From Chiloscyllium plagiosum (lineage: Eukaryota): DNA of 64,000 bases. A program made the translations under genes and the position numbers. The stretch is taken from assembly GCF_004010195.1 (NCBI RefSeq), contig NC_057755.1, positions 2,059,803 to 2,123,802 of the forward strand. The letters are read 5' to 3'. The notes beneath the pieces are model-generated. The model did not search any database. It saw only the letters and a list, made by a program, of their open reading frames with translations, and was not told where the DNA came from. Shown piece after piece: positions 25,790 to 39,790 of the stretch (position 1 is its first letter; each line of letters starts with the position of its first letter).

Positions 25790-27195
25790 GAGGGAGGTAA
25801 AAGCAGATTAGCCTCACATCTATTGTTGGGAAAATACCAGGATCAATTATTAAGGAAGCAATAGCAACAAATTTGGAAAATAATAATATGATCAAGCAGA
25901 GTCAGCATGGCTTCGTGAAAAGGAAATCATGTCTGGATAACTTATTACAGATTTTCAAGGAAATATCAACCAGGGCCGAGAGAGAAGAATTAGTAGATAA
26001 ATTGTATTTGGACTTCCAGAAGGTGTTTGACAAGATATCGCACACATGTTAACCCTTAAGATAAGCACCGTGGCATTAGAGGTGGTATATTGGTGTGGGT
26101 AGATAATTGTTTAATGGGCGGGAAACAGCGAGTGAGGATAGCAAGGTTCTTTTTCAGGCTGGTGACCGGTGACCAGAGGGGTTCCACAGAATTCAGTTCT
26201 GTGACTGTAACTGTTTCCAATATATATTACTGACTTCGAGGGAGGGAGGAAATGAGCATACTACAGGCAAATGTAAAGATGACACAAAAATAGACAGGTT
26301 GTGAAAGGAATACAAAGAGTTGACAGTCTTTGATTGTTAGGTTAACTAACTGGGCAAAAACATGTCAAATTCAATAGAATGTGCTAAAATATGTTTTTTA
26401 TTAATTTGGGAAGTGCCAACAAAAGAGCAAAATATTATTTAAACTTAGAAAACCTGCAGACGTCTGCAACGCAATGAGACTTGGGGGAAGCTGTGCGGAG
26501 AACACAGAAAGCTAGCACAGAGGATACAGCAGGTAATCAGGAAGGCTGGTCCAATGTTGGCCCTAACTTCAAGGGTGTTGGAGTCTAAGAGTAGGGAAGT
26601 GTTACAGTAACTATACAAAGTGTTGGTGAACTCATAGCGGGAATACTGTGTGCAGTTTCAGTGACTTAATGTGAGGAAAGATATCAAGATATCATTTCAT
26701 TGGAGACCGTTAGGGGAAGATTCCTTAGGATAATCCTCGGTATGGAGGGATTGTTTTATGACCAAGGGTTAAAGAGGTTGGGACACAACTCACTGAAGTT
26801 TAAAAAAATGAGTACCGATTTTACTCAAGCGTACCAGATTTTTAAGGGGCTGGAGAAAGTAAATACTGAGGGGATGTTTCCCCTCATGGAAGGGTCTTGG
26901 ACGAGAGGGACGAGCCTGAGAATAAAGGGGTGCCAGCTTCAGTCTGAGGTGAGGAGTAATTTCTTCTCTCAGGATGAAGATTCTTTGGAACCCCTTGGCC
27001 CAGAACGCTGTGGGGTTAGAGACCTCGTGTGTACTTAAGTCTGACACAGATAGATTCTGAATCAGTCGGGGAATCAAGGGGAAGGGCAAAGGACAGGAGC
27101 GTGGAAGTGACGGACGTCGGATCAGCCATGATCCTATTTAATGCTGCAGCAGCCTCGTGGGACCGAATGGCCAACTCTTGTTCCTGTTCCTTATG
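25790..27195 (+). mobile_element. Old CR1-clade LINE, RT and 3' end, heavily mutated
   Basis: agtcagcatggcttc (SQHGF), tatttggacttccagaaggtgtttgacaag (YLDFQKVFDK), gatgacacaaaa (DDTK), and GMFPLMEGSWTRGTSLRIKG. Confidence 0.8.
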
Positions 27196-27199
27196 GACC

Positions 27200-28140
27200 T
27201 ATTACCCGACATGGTGGGATGTGACCAGTTGGATCCCATAAGGATCTGTGTTCAAATTATTCAAACATTTATTAACAACTTGGATAATGGCAGAGAAGTC
27301 GTATAGAGTCATACAGCCCGGAGACCAGATATTTTGGTCCAATCAGACCATGCTAATCATAATCCCAAATTAAATTAGTCCCACATGCAGAATCCAAATT
27401 TGATCATAATTCAATGTTAGGGAGTGTTTTAGACAGTGGAGGTGATCGCATAGAGTTACAAAGCGTTATTAACAGAGTAGATTAATTCACAAAGCTATGG
27501 CAGCAAGTAGGAGAAAGTGAATACTGCAGATGCTGGAAGTCAGAGTCGAGAGTGTGGTGCTGGAAAAGCATAGGAGCTCAGGCAGCATCCGAGGAGCATG
27601 GAAGTTGACATTTCGGGAGTAAGCCCTTCATCATGAATCCTGCTCCTCGGATGCTGCCTGACCTGTTGTGCTTTTCCAGCACCACAGTATCGACTATGGC
27701 AGCAAGGGTAAGGTTATCCACTTTAGACAGAAACAGTATGGATCAGGAGACTGCCCGGATGTTATGAAGTTAAATAGAGAGATATCCAAAGACAATTGGG
27801 GGTTCAGTGCATCTTTCTTTAATTTTTCACAAACAGCTGCAGAAAATGGCAAAAGTGGCTGTTGGAACGCTGGCCTTTATATCTAGAGGACTTGAGTACA
27901 AGGATGGAGAAGCTATGCTGAAGTTCGACAAGACCCTGGTTAGACCCCACTTGTGAACAGATATAGGCGCCACACCTTAGTCAGGATATACAGTACTGAC
28001 GTTTGGGGAGTTCAACGCACGTGCACAGGAATGATAGCTGGTGGTCGGGCATTAAGTTATGAAAGAGAATTATATAAATTAGGCCGACTTTCTCTCAAAT
28101 TTAGAAGATGAATAGGTGATTAGATTGAAGGCTGCAAAAT
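27200..28140 (+). mobile_element. Degenerate CR1 RT fragment with an inserted Penelope-derived element (27508-27695)
   Basis: gtgaccagttggatcccataaggatctgtg (SGVPQGSVL-like) and ctggttagaccccac (LVRPH); gctatggcagcaag is duplicated around the insert. Confidence 0.6.
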
Positions 28141-28454
28141 ATTATATCCCCAGCCCTACCTTCACACACACCCCCAGTCCAGAACTGCATTTATGTGACT
28201 GTATTTATGAATGTGCATGCTATTGTATTTATGTGTATATGCGCAATTGTGATTGTGTTTGTCATATTATGCGACTGTATCGAAGAATAACTGTGGCTGT
28301 GTTTATGAGCATGAACATGTCTATAGTTGCGATTGTACGTGTTCACCTCTGTGTGAGACGACTGATGTGTATATGTCTGTATGAATATCCATATGACTGT
28401 ATTTATGAGTGCGCTATAAATTTATGTTTGTGAGACATATTATGACTGTGTCAG

Positions 28455-28865
28455 GGCGCCACTCCTCAGCCCATTGGCCCATCTGATCAAGATCCCATTG
28501 TAATCCAAGGTAACCTTCTTCATGGTACACTACGTCTCCAATTTTGTCCTCATCTGTAAGCTTGTTCTTTATACCTCCTATGTTCACATCCAAATAATTT
28601 ATATAAATGACATAAAGTAATGGACACAACATCGAGCCTAGTGGCAGTCCGCTGGTCAAAGGCCTCCATTCAGAAAAACAACCCTCCACCAGTAACACAA
28701 CCTTCGACCCAGATCTGTAACCTAATGGCTAGTTCTCCCTTTATTCCTTGAGGTCTAACCTTGCTAACCAGTCTCCCATGGGGAACCTTGTCGAATGCCT
28801 TACTGAAGTCCATATAGATCAACATCTACCACTCTGCCCTCATCAGTCCTCTTTGTTACTTCTTC
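28455..28865 (-). mobile_element. CR1 RT fragment
   Basis: Minus ORF GCFSEWRPLTSGLPLGSMLCPLLYVIYINYLD...LQWDLDQMGQWAEEW. Confidence 0.85.
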
Positions 28866-29374
28866 ATGTGTGACCCCTTACTCCGAGGTTATGCTGTCTG
28901 GTCCTAGACGTTCCCACGAGGGGAAACAACTTATCTTCTTTTTTTAAAAAAATCTCCTTCCTGATGTGACATTTGAGAGTTTTCCAATCCTCTAGGACGT
29001 TTCCAGGATGACAGGATCCCTGGAAGGTTCTGAACAGTGCATCCAACATCTCCGCAGTTCTGTACATGGGTGAAACTATTTATTGACAACAGCAAGTCAA
29101 TCTCCCCATTGCTGTCAGGTGTCACCTGGTTGGGCTCTGCTATGACACTTTGCAGGAGGAATAAAACGCTCGAAATTGAAGTTTCATTTCAGTCTGCGAA
29201 ACAGGAGGCGAGAGACAGTTCAGAAATGTTCACCCAGCCGTATGTCAGCGAGAAAGCAAAGGGAGCAGGACTCAATCCTCAAAAGATCCGAGGTCGACCA
29301 ATTCCTCATCTCAAACGCCAATCCTATGCCTTGGCGACCAAAAGCAGTTGTTTTTTTTTTTATAAAGAAACGAA

Positions 29375-30000
29375 TGTAGACAGGATAGTAAAGATGCGTT
29401 TGGTATGCTTTTCTTTATTGAGTACAGGATTTGGGAAGACATGTTGCGACTGCACAGGACATTGTTTAATTTACTTTTGGAATACTGTGTGAAATTCTGG
29501 TCTCCCTGTTCCAGGAAGGATGTAGTGAAATTTGTAAGGTCCACAAAAGATTTCCAAGGACATTGCCACAATTGGTGGGTTTGAGCTACAGGGAGAGGCT
29601 GAACAGGCTGGCGCTGTTTTCCCTGGAGCCTCGGAGGCTGAGGGTGACCTTATAGACGTTTATAAAATCATGAGGGACATGGAAACAGTGAATTGCGAAG
29701 CTCTTTTCACCAGGGTAGTGGAGACCAAAACTAGAGGACATAGTTTTAAGGTAAGAGTGGAGAGGTTTAAAATGGACCTAAGGGGTAAGATTTTCATGCA
29801 GAGGGTATTGTGTGTATGAATGAGCTGCCAGAGGAAATGGTGGAGACTGGTACAATTACAATATTGAATTGACATCTACACGAGTTTAGAGGGAGACAGG
29901 ACAAATGCTAGCAAATGGGACTAGATTAATTTCGGATATCTGTTTGGCATGGATGAGTTGGGCTGAAGGATCTGTTTCCGTGCTGGGAAGTTCTATGACT
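29375..30000 (+). mobile_element. CR1 LINE 3' fragment
   Basis: gaatactgtgtgaaattctggtctcc (EYCV.FWSP), actagaggacatagttttaagg (TRGHSFK), CR1 3' UTR. Confidence 0.8.
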
Positions 30001-30404
30001 GTAAATTTCCGTGGAACAGTGAACTCCATGAGGAAGAGTGGGAAAGAGCCTGTCGTTGCTGTTCCCACTCTGGGCCTGCAGTGAACAATGATCCTTTCCT
30101 CCAGGTCATTAGTTTGTATCTGGTTCACCCACTGAGAATGGATTGCTTGGATTTATTTTTTGAGGGGCAGATCTAAGTCCTCTTTCGGTTATGCTTTTGT
30201 TGTTCATGTTTCTGCATACTGTTTCTCCTTGCTAACAGCACTTTACACTGGCTTTACTCCTCCAGCCTCTTTCATGTTGTTCCTCAGATGGAGTCATTCC
30301 TTGCCAATGTGAAAAGGAGTGTGATCACGTTGCTGCTCCTCCTTCTCCTTTCAGGCCATTCCTCACATAGACTACTCGTTCTAATGTCTCATGTCGCCGC
30401 TCAG

Positions 30405-31291
30405 TTAGTTGGATTTATCAATCGCTTTAATTATTCTTATAACTGGATACTTCGCTGCATAAATTAACTGTTCTCTGAATTTTTTCTGTGTCACCACATA
30501 AATGAAGGCATTTGTGCAGCAACTGAGGTTCCGCAGCATATATGCAGCTTGTAGAAAGAGACCAGAAGCAGCAGAATCTATTGAGTAACTGGCATGAAAG
30601 AAAACTAAAATATACATCAACCAGAGAAGGAAAAAGCTGGCAGATATGGCAAAGAGTAAAATCACAGATTTCTTTCTGCTCCCGATCTCTGGGTCATTCT
30701 CTGTTTCGTTTTGGACCTTCACTCCCTTACGCACCTTATTGGCCTCGAAGATGTGTCTGACAGTCAGAACGTTGATAAAGAGAATAAAGAAGAATGGGAA
30801 AAGTGGTGTTAAAAATTGTTCAAAATATTTAAAACTTGCCCACCGGAGGTCATGATAATAACTGTAGGAGGTATAACAGTACCATGGAATATTATTGCTG
30901 ATCTTTGCAGGTCTAAATCGAAAGTAGTTGGGAATATTCTTTAAAGAAAAGAAAATGCAGATTGTTGCTAGAACCCTGATAGCAGTTTTCTCTGTGCAAT
31001 ACTGAGATTTCATCTGATGAAAACAAATGACAACAAATCGATCAAAAGTAAAAGCAGCAGTGAACCACACAGAACAATCAATGATCAGGCGAACCAGGAC
31101 ATAGATCACACTACAAACAGGAGTGATGTCCAGGAAACACTGTGGATAATAATAGGAAGGAAATCGACGAAGTAGGACATAAAAAATAATGAACAGTAGA
31201 TCAGATGCTGCCATGGCCACCAGATAGCGAGTGCTGCATGTAGAAAGACCACACTTGCCACGAGCTAAGGTTATGATCACCATTAGACTAA
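30405..31291 (-). CDS. GPR139-like orphan class A GPCR, gene B, coding exon 2 (spliced product 317 aa)
   Basis: Acceptor ttttctctccaacag ending at 31292; intact frame (V)SLMVIITLARGKCGLSTCSTRYLVAMAASDL...FDRFVVIC...CCTNAFIY; clear paralog of gene A. Confidence 0.92.
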
Positions 31292-33115
31292 CTGTTGGAG
31301 AGAAAAAGGAAAGTAAACAGACTTGAATTTATTCATCAACCATTCTCCATACTTGAGCTGTGATTGTAAATAATGGCACAAAGAGAGTAGTTTTTCATGT
31401 CAGATGAAGCCTAAAGAATTTGAACCACAGCAACAAGCTCTCTCCAAATAAATCATTTGTACTTACAAATGACATAGGGAACATCATGAGCAAAATATGT
31501 CTCGCAGAAACACAGTCATGTCTTCAATTGTTTTGGGGGGATCAGCAGAGGTTTATTTTACCTGTTTTATAGGTTACTCAGACTTCCCTTAAGACCACTG
31601 CATCCACATAAGACATCTGGGATCAACAAAACCAAGAACGGGAGATACCTGACAGACACTGATTGCAATATCTGTATTTGATTTCGGAGTCTCAAAGCAC
31701 AGATTGCTCAAGCATTGTATATCCATACCATATAAACGACACATCAAATCACTCCACACTGTACAGGAATGGATGAACAAATAATCGAGAGAGTCCCTTT
31801 CTCGTGTGCAGCATTTAACATCGTGACATTCTGAACTATTCAGGAGTGAATACAACCACTATGTCTCAGGTTGGATTCCCATTACAATCACAAGAACTTC
31901 AACATTTGGCACGGACTCGCCCATCTGACCAAGACTGTGCACCACAGCCTCCACCAAAACAAAAGCTGAATCAATGCTGCATTGTAACTCTTTGTTTGAG
32001 AAATCAGACTCTCTATCTCGGATTAAGCAAAGTTTTCTGCCTGCACACAGTCAAGCGCCTCTGCTAGGCTCTTTCCTTGTAAACAGAGATCACCCTCCAA
32101 GGTTCGGAGCGCTCTGGTGCCTGGGATCCCCATACTTTACCCAGGAATTCTCCATGGAGATCACTGGAATTGTACCACAGTTTGGCATGAGAGAGTAATA
32201 AATACAAATCTGAATTGATAGCCAAAGACCAAACAACAATCCCAAATAAAGGCACGTGGTAACACCTTCACATAATCCATTATTGTTCAGGGAACATCAA
32301 AGGATAACAGCAACAAAGGGAAAGGTAGGAAACATCCTGTTGGGCAAAGTTGTTTGATCCTGCGTGGGAGAGCTGCTGACACTACACTCCAGATCTCAGT
32401 AGTTGTCTCTTTAGACTCTGCGCAAAGCACTGTGCAAATGACACGGGGAATACGGCTTTTTCACAATCAAATAATTCAATATTAAGCATCATAATTGGAG
32501 CCCTGTGCTCAACAATCCTACCAGTGACCTGTCCTCACAATTATCATGTCTCCACACATCCACTGACTGACAAATACACACAAGATTGTTGACAGCATTT
32601 GTGATGACCCTCACGTATCACTCCATAAGAACATGGTCATCCCACCCATTGTCCATCTGTTTTACCTCGGCTCCAATCTTGCCTGAGCAAGATCCACGCA
32701 AAAATCCCTTCACATCAAGGAATGGGAAGCACGAGGTTTCACGAAGGTTACAAAACCCATCTGACCAATAGCAGGCTTTGGACTCCAACAGAAAGAGAGA
32801 GTGTGTGTGAGAGAGAGAGTGGTCGTATTAAACACTTTCTCGACTAGCCAGGGCCGGTGCTCAGCCAAACCCCATCAGTGTGGCCTCAGGGCAAACCCAT
32901 TCTGCACAGTATAGAGGAACAGACAATGCTGCACATTACCGATGAATCTCCTAACTGACAAACTGTTCATTTTAAACTCAGTAATTGAGGACACGACCAT
33001 ATACCCATCAGTAATTGCCTTGCTAAATGGAAATAAAATAATTATCTGTCATACATTGGAGATAATTACGATTACATGCAGAGCTTTATCCAAGTTAAGC
33101 TGTTCCAGGACTTAC

Positions 33116-33182
33116 CAGGAACACCAATAATGGTGAGGATGGTGTCGTACACCTTTTCGACCCTTTCCCTTAGAAGATGCAT
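33116..33182 (-). CDS. GPR139-like GPCR gene B, coding exon 1 (MHLLRERVEKVYDTILTIIGVP)
   Basis: ATG at 33182, 67 nt, CCTG|gtaagt donor, phase 1 matching exon 2. Confidence 0.85.
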
Positions 33183-34549
33183 TTTATCAAATAACCTCTC
33201 TCTTCCTGCTGCTGGAACTCTGTCGGTACTGGAGAATTCTCTCAGAATTGGTTATGATACAGCTTGAGAGACATTATTTATATTGTCTGCTGGTATCTCT
33301 ATTGGGAAACTGACTAATCGTTCTATTCTTTTTTATGATTTTGAACAAACAGGTTACGTCAACAGGTTTATTTTAATAATTGCTGTACAAGACTGTGCGT
33401 GAATACCCCGAAGACTGGATTAGTCTGATCCTATTAGTGTTCAAATGTGGATTGCAACTTGTTTTCAAACAACAATACTTACATTATTTCACATGAATAT
33501 CGAAATGTCTTTTGATATTCTTTTCAGTAATGAACTTTATTTTGCTGAGATTGTTCAGCCATTCAATACCTCATTTTGTAGATCCCTTTGAGAGCTGTTG
33601 TACTGCCACTGTTATAGCTCTGTATTTCTTGCTAATTTAGTTTTACAAGTTACTTGGGATATCTTATTTGTGAGTGAGCGCTCTGATACAGCGCCTGAAG
33701 CTGATACTGACCATAACAATAGCTGGAATTTCTGCTAAGTAATATTTTTCTCAAAACAAATATGAATAAATTGAAGCTAATTCAGAACCTTAACTTCAGA
33801 ATTCTAGAGCAACTGTAGCACAGAACGGAAGCAACGCTTTGGCCCATCATGCCAAAACTACAATCACTCTACATCAACCCCACTTTCCAGCAATTGGCCC
33901 ATAGCCTTAAATGTCATAACATTTCAAATGCTCATCCACATTTTAAAGGTTGAGAGGTTTCCCATCTCAACGCCCCTTCTGGACAGGGCACGGCCAGCCC
34001 CTACCATCCTCTCCGGGAGAAGAATTTTTCTCATGTCCCCTCGAGACAACTTGCCTTTCACTTGAAAATGAAGCCGCCTTGTTATTGACCCTTCGACTGA
34101 GGGGAAACAGCAGCACTGTTTGAGCTTCCTCGTGTCCTGCCATTCACGGAGTACAGCCTTGTCTTGTTTACTCTGGCAAAATGCATCACCACACATTTAT
34201 CAGGATTACACTTCAACTGCCATTGATCTGACAAATCTGTCGACTTCTATCTCTAACTAAGGATGATTTTCCTCACGTTCTACCACGTGGACAATATTTG
34301 TGACATCCGTAAATGTACTTACAATCCCCAATTTGCCTTCCTGTACACCCACACACACCCGTTTACACCCACCTACACGCACACCCACCCACACCCACCC
34401 CGACACACATTCATACTCACAAAAAAATCCACACACAAATATACACACACTCACACTGCCACACACAGACATTCACTCATTGTTATCATTTATGAATATT
34501 ATAATCAGTAAAGGACCCAGCACTGGTCCTTGTGGTATTCCACTGGACA

Positions 34550-35182
34550 CCAGCCCCCAATCACACAAATAGTCGCTAATTACACAAAGAACCTTCAATT
34601 ACACAAACTGCCTCCAATTGCACAAACAGCCCCCAATGACACAAACTGCCCCCAATTNNNNNNNNNNNNNNNNNNNNNNNNNNNNNNNNNNNNNNNNNNN
34701 NNNNNNNNNNNNNNNNNNNNNNNNNNNNNNNNNNNNNNNNNNNNNNNNNNNNNNNNNNNNNNNNNNNNNNNNNNNNNNNNNNNNNNNNNNNNNNNNNNNN
34801 NNNNNNNNNNNNNNNNNNNNNNNNNNNNNNNNNNNNNNNNNNNNNNNNNNNNNNNNNNNNNNNNNNNNNNNNNNNNNNNNNNNNNNNNNNNNNNNNNNNN
34901 NNNNCCCCAATTTCACAAACAGCTCCCAATCACACCAACTGCCCCAATACCACAAACATCCCCCAATTACAAAGAGCCCCCAATTACACAAACAGCCCCA
35001 ATTACGCAAACAGCCTCTAATTACACAAACAGCCCCAATTGTGCAAACAGTCCCCAATCACACCAACTTCCCACAATTACACAAACAGCCCCCAGTTACA
35101 CAATGAGCCCCCAATTACAGAAACTGTCCCAATTATGCAAACAGCCCCTAATTACAGAAACAGCTAAAATTACACAAATAGC
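34550..35182. repeat. ~20-bp tandem minisatellite (cccccaattacacaaacagc) spanning an N gap (34658-34904)
   Basis: Unit visible on both sides of the gap. Confidence 0.9.
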
Positions 35183-36764
35183 CTTCCATCATTCCCTTCC
35201 CTGACTGAACCAATTTTGGAGCCAACTTGCCAAGTTACTCGAGATATCATATGGTTTTACTTTTTGTTATCAATCTCCCATGTGGGGGCTTGTGAAATGC
35301 TTTGCTGGAGTCCATATAAACATCAATTGCTCTACCCTCATCTACAGACTTGGTCACATCGTCGTAAAACTCCACCAGATTCGGGAGGCATGATCCCCTT
35401 CTGATTAATCTGTGCTGACTGTATATCATGAAACCTTGCCACTCTAAATGGAGTTTAATTCTCTACTTTGGAAATGTCTCCAATAGTTCCCTATCAATGA
35501 TGTGACACTCATCGATTTGTATTCCTGATCTAACTCGACCACCCTTCTTGAGAAATGGAAACACCTCAGCTGCCGTCCAGTCCTCTGGCACCTCCTCTGT
35601 GGCCCGAGATGAATGAAAGGTTGGGTCCGAGTCCCTGCACTTTCTTCCCTCGTCTCCTTCGTTACAACCCCTCCGGACTTGAGGATTTGAACAATTTTAA
35701 GCACCCCATATTTAAAACTTCTGCTTGCATTATATATAAATCAAATGAAGACAGATTAGGATTGAGGGTTTTTTTTTATAGCTTTTCGGATTTTTCCTTC
35801 CCAATGCTGTTCCTATCCTTATTGAGGAGGGGGAAAATATCTTTCTGGAACCTTTGCTTTCAAATTCAAACTTTTCACATGAACACATTCCAAAGTCCTT
35901 TAACATTATTTTATAGAGAGAGTTCTTAATAAAAAAAATGCAAACGAATATCTTCGGTATTTTATATACACATTACATAAACCTCACATATAAACTATTC
36001 TACCTTTCCACTTAATGCCTTCCTTGCACGGGGAAAAATTGACTCAGCTCATCCACAGTTCATTCAAACGTCCCACTGAGTAAATACACGAACCCATCTC
36101 GATCAGAAGCACCCTGGATGGTCTTATCATTGTTCACAATGAATTCAAGTTAATGGAGTTGACAGGCCCAAGTGTCTGCATTCCCCTTTTCAAGAGGCCA
36201 ATCGAGAACAAAATAATATTACACGCAATGAGAAATTGCAACATTTCTTTGTAATTTGTAATTGGAACAGAAATATCAAATTGGCTTCTAAATCAGCCTG
36301 GAAACCAGCCATCAAATTTGCTTTTATTCAGATACTTCCAAATTATTATCATGTGTCATTTATCTCTCACTCTTTCTCTCTCACTCTCTCGTGTTCTCCT
36401 CAGTCCTCCTCACTGGCAGCCTCTCTATTTCTCTCTCTCCTTCTCTCTGTGTGAGTCTCTATCCCTTTCTGCTATTCACTCCTCCTCGTTCTCCTTTTTT
36501 GTTCTTCCAGTGGAAGCCTCTCAATCTCTCCCTCCCTCTTTGATTTTTTCTTATTTTCTTCTTTCTTTACTCTGTCTGCCCTTTTTCTCCCTCAGCGCGC
36601 CCTATTAACACCCCCCCTCCTGCTTCCCACATTCAAACTTTTTTCCTCCCCTAAAGTTTATGCCCCCCCAAAAAAATGTACGTGAAACATTTCCCACTCC
36701 ATTTGTGACCCTCATATATAGCTCTATAAAATCTGTGATCCACATGATTTATGACCCTCAAGTA

Positions 36765-39700
36765 TCAGAACGTAGAACATTAGAGCAAAGTACAGGCCCT
36801 TTGTGAAACCAATTTAAAGCCCATATAACATGCAATATTCCATTTTCATCTATATCTTTATCCAATGACCTTTTAAGTGCCCTTAAATTTGGGCGAGTTT
36901 ACTACTACTGCAGGCAGGGCGTTCCACGCCCTTACTACTCTCTAAGTAAAGAGACTACTTCTGATATCTTTCCTATATCTTTCACCCCTCAATTTAAAGC
37001 TATGACTTCTTGTGCAAGAAATCACCATTCAAGGAAAAATGGCTCTCACTGTCCACCCTATCTAACCTAAATCATCCTATATATGTCTAAAAGCCACATT
37101 TTAAGTTTCTTCGCTTGAATTAAAACAGCCTCAAGTCCCTCAGCCTGTCCCCATGAAACCTTCCCTCCATACCCTACAACATGCTGGTAAATCCCCTCTG
37201 TACAGTTTCAAAGGCTGCTGTGTCCTTCCTATAATACAACGACCAGAACTGTACGCAATACTCCAATGTGAGGCTGCACCAACGTTTTGTACAGCTGCAA
37301 CATGACCTCATGGCTCTGAAACTCAATCCCTCTACCAGTAAAAGGTAAGCAATGTACACATTCTTCACAACCCTATCAACCTGGGTGGCAACTTTCAGGG
37401 ATCTATGACCATGGACACAGAGATCTCTCTGCTCATCCACACTACCAAGAATCTTACCATTGGACCAAGACTCTGTATTCCTCTTACTCCTTCCAAAGTG
37501 AATCACCTCACACTTTTCTGCATTAAACGCCATTTGCCACCTCTCAGCCCAGCTCTGCAGCTTATGTATGTCCCTCTGCAACCTGCAACATCCTGCAGCA
37601 CCATGCACAACTCCACCGACCTTAGTATCATCTGCAAATTTACTAACCCATCCTTCTACAGCTCATTTGTTAAGATTACAAACAGCAGAGGCCTTCAAAC
37701 AGATCCTTGTGGAACATCATTAGTAACTGAACTCCAGGTTGAATATTTCCCATCAACCACCACTTTCTATCTTCTTTCAACTAGCTAATTTCTGATCCAA
37801 AACTGCTAAATCACCTTCAATTCCATGCCTCCGTATTTTCTGCAATAGCTGACCGTGGGTAACCTTATAAAATGCCTTACTGAAATCCATATACACAACA
37901 TCAATCGCTTTACCCTCATCCACCTGTTGGTCACCTTCTCAAATAACTCAATCAGGTTTGTGAGGTCCAACCTACCCTTCACAAAACCGTGTTGACTATC
38001 CCTAATTAACCTATTCCTTTCTAAATGATTATAAATCCTATCTCTTATAACCCTTTCCCACACTTTACCCACAACTACAGTAAGTCTTTAACTACCAGAA
38101 TTGTGTCTACTCACCTTCTTGAGCCAGGGAACAACATTTGCTATCCTCTAGTCTTCTGGTACTATTCCTGTAGACAGTGACGACATAAAGATCAAAGCCA
38201 AAGGCTCTGCAATCTCCTCCCTGGCTTTCCAAAGTATCCTAGGATACATTCCATCAAGCCCAGTGGACTTACCTATTTCTACACTTTCCAGAATTGATAA
38301 TACCTCCACCTTGAGAACCTCAATCCCGTCTAGTCTCATAACCTGTACCTTAGTATTCCCCTCAACAATGTTGTTTTTTTCCAATGTGATAACTGACGAA
38401 ACATATTCATTTAGCACCTGACCCATTTCCTCGGACTCCACATTCAACTTTCTTTGTTCGGCCCTAATCTTACTCCAGTCGTTCTTTTATTTCTGATAGA
38501 TCTATAAAAGGTTTTAGGGTTTTCCTTGATCCTACCTGTTCATGACTTCTCATGTCCCCTCCTGGCTCTTCTTAACACTTTCTTTAGGTCTTTCCTGACC
38601 AGCTTCTAATTTTCAAGCGCACCAACTGAGCCTTCAAATCTCATCCTAACATATGCCTTCTCCTTTTTAACAAGAGATTCAATTTCTTTAGTAAACTATG
38701 GCTCCCTCACTCGACCACTTCCTCCCAGTGTTGAACTGGGGTGTACAAAGTTAAAAATCACACAACACCAGGTTATAGTCCAAGAGGTTTAATTGGAAAC
38801 ACACTATCTTTCGGAGCGCCGCTCCATCATTAGATGATTGTGGAGATAAACGAGCGGCGCTCCGAAAGCTACTGTGCTTCCAGTCAAACCTTTTTGGACT
38901 ATAATCTGGTGTTTTGTGATTTTTAACTTTAACCGTTCCTTGAATAAGGTCCCCATTTCAATTGTGCCCATCCTTGCAGTTTGCTTCTCCATGATATGCA
39001 TCCTACATCTTGCTTAATCGCATCATAATTGCCTTTCCGCCAGCTATAACTCTTGCCCCGTGGTATATACTTTTCCTTTTCCATCACTAAAGTAAACATA
39101 ACCAAATTATGGTCGCTATCACCAAAATGTTCACCTACCTCCAAATCAAACACCTGGCCAGGTTCATTACCCAGTACCAAATACAATGTGGCCTCGCCTC
39201 TTCTTGGTTTATCGACATACTGTGTCAGAAAACCCTCCTGCACATATTGGACAAAATCTGACCCATCTAAAGTACTCGCACTATAACATTTCCAGTCAAT
39301 ATTTGGAAAGGTAGACACACCATAACAACTACCCTGTCACTCTCGATCCTATCCAGAATCATCGTTGCAATCGTTTCCTCTACAACTCTGGATCTTTTAG
39401 AGGTCTATAGAAAACTCCGTACAGGGTGACCGCTCCTTTCTTGTTTGTAACATAACCCATTCTACCTCAGCAGATGAGTCATCAAACGTCCTTTCTGCCA
39501 CCGTAATATGGTCGTTGGCTGACAATGCTACACCTCCCCGCTTTCAGCACCTACCCTGTTCTTACTGAAACATCTAAATCACGGAACCTGCAACAATTAT
39601 TCTTGTCCCGGCTCTACCCACGCCTCCGAAATGGCCACAACATTGAAGTCCAAGGTACCAATCCTCGCTACAAGTTCACCCACTTTATTCCAGATGCTCC

Positions 39701-39790
39701 TGGTGTTGAAGTAGACGCACTTGACATCACGTTCCTGCCTGCCGGTGCATTCTTGTTACTTTGAAACCTTATTTCTGACCTCACTCCTCT
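36765..39790 (-). mobile_element. CR1 LINE ORF2 (EN+RT) and 3' tail, degenerate; palindromic hammerhead-bearing insert at ~38730-38930
   Basis: Minus ORFs FPNIDW...GDSDHN, KSTGLDGMYPRIL, DSQHGFVKGR, LQRDIHKLQSWAERWQMAFN, EYCVQFWS. Confidence 0.9.

Noticed and set aside
29250..29345. Possible tRNA-like sequence on the - strand
   Set aside because: Only faint box similarity; no cloverleaf could be folded
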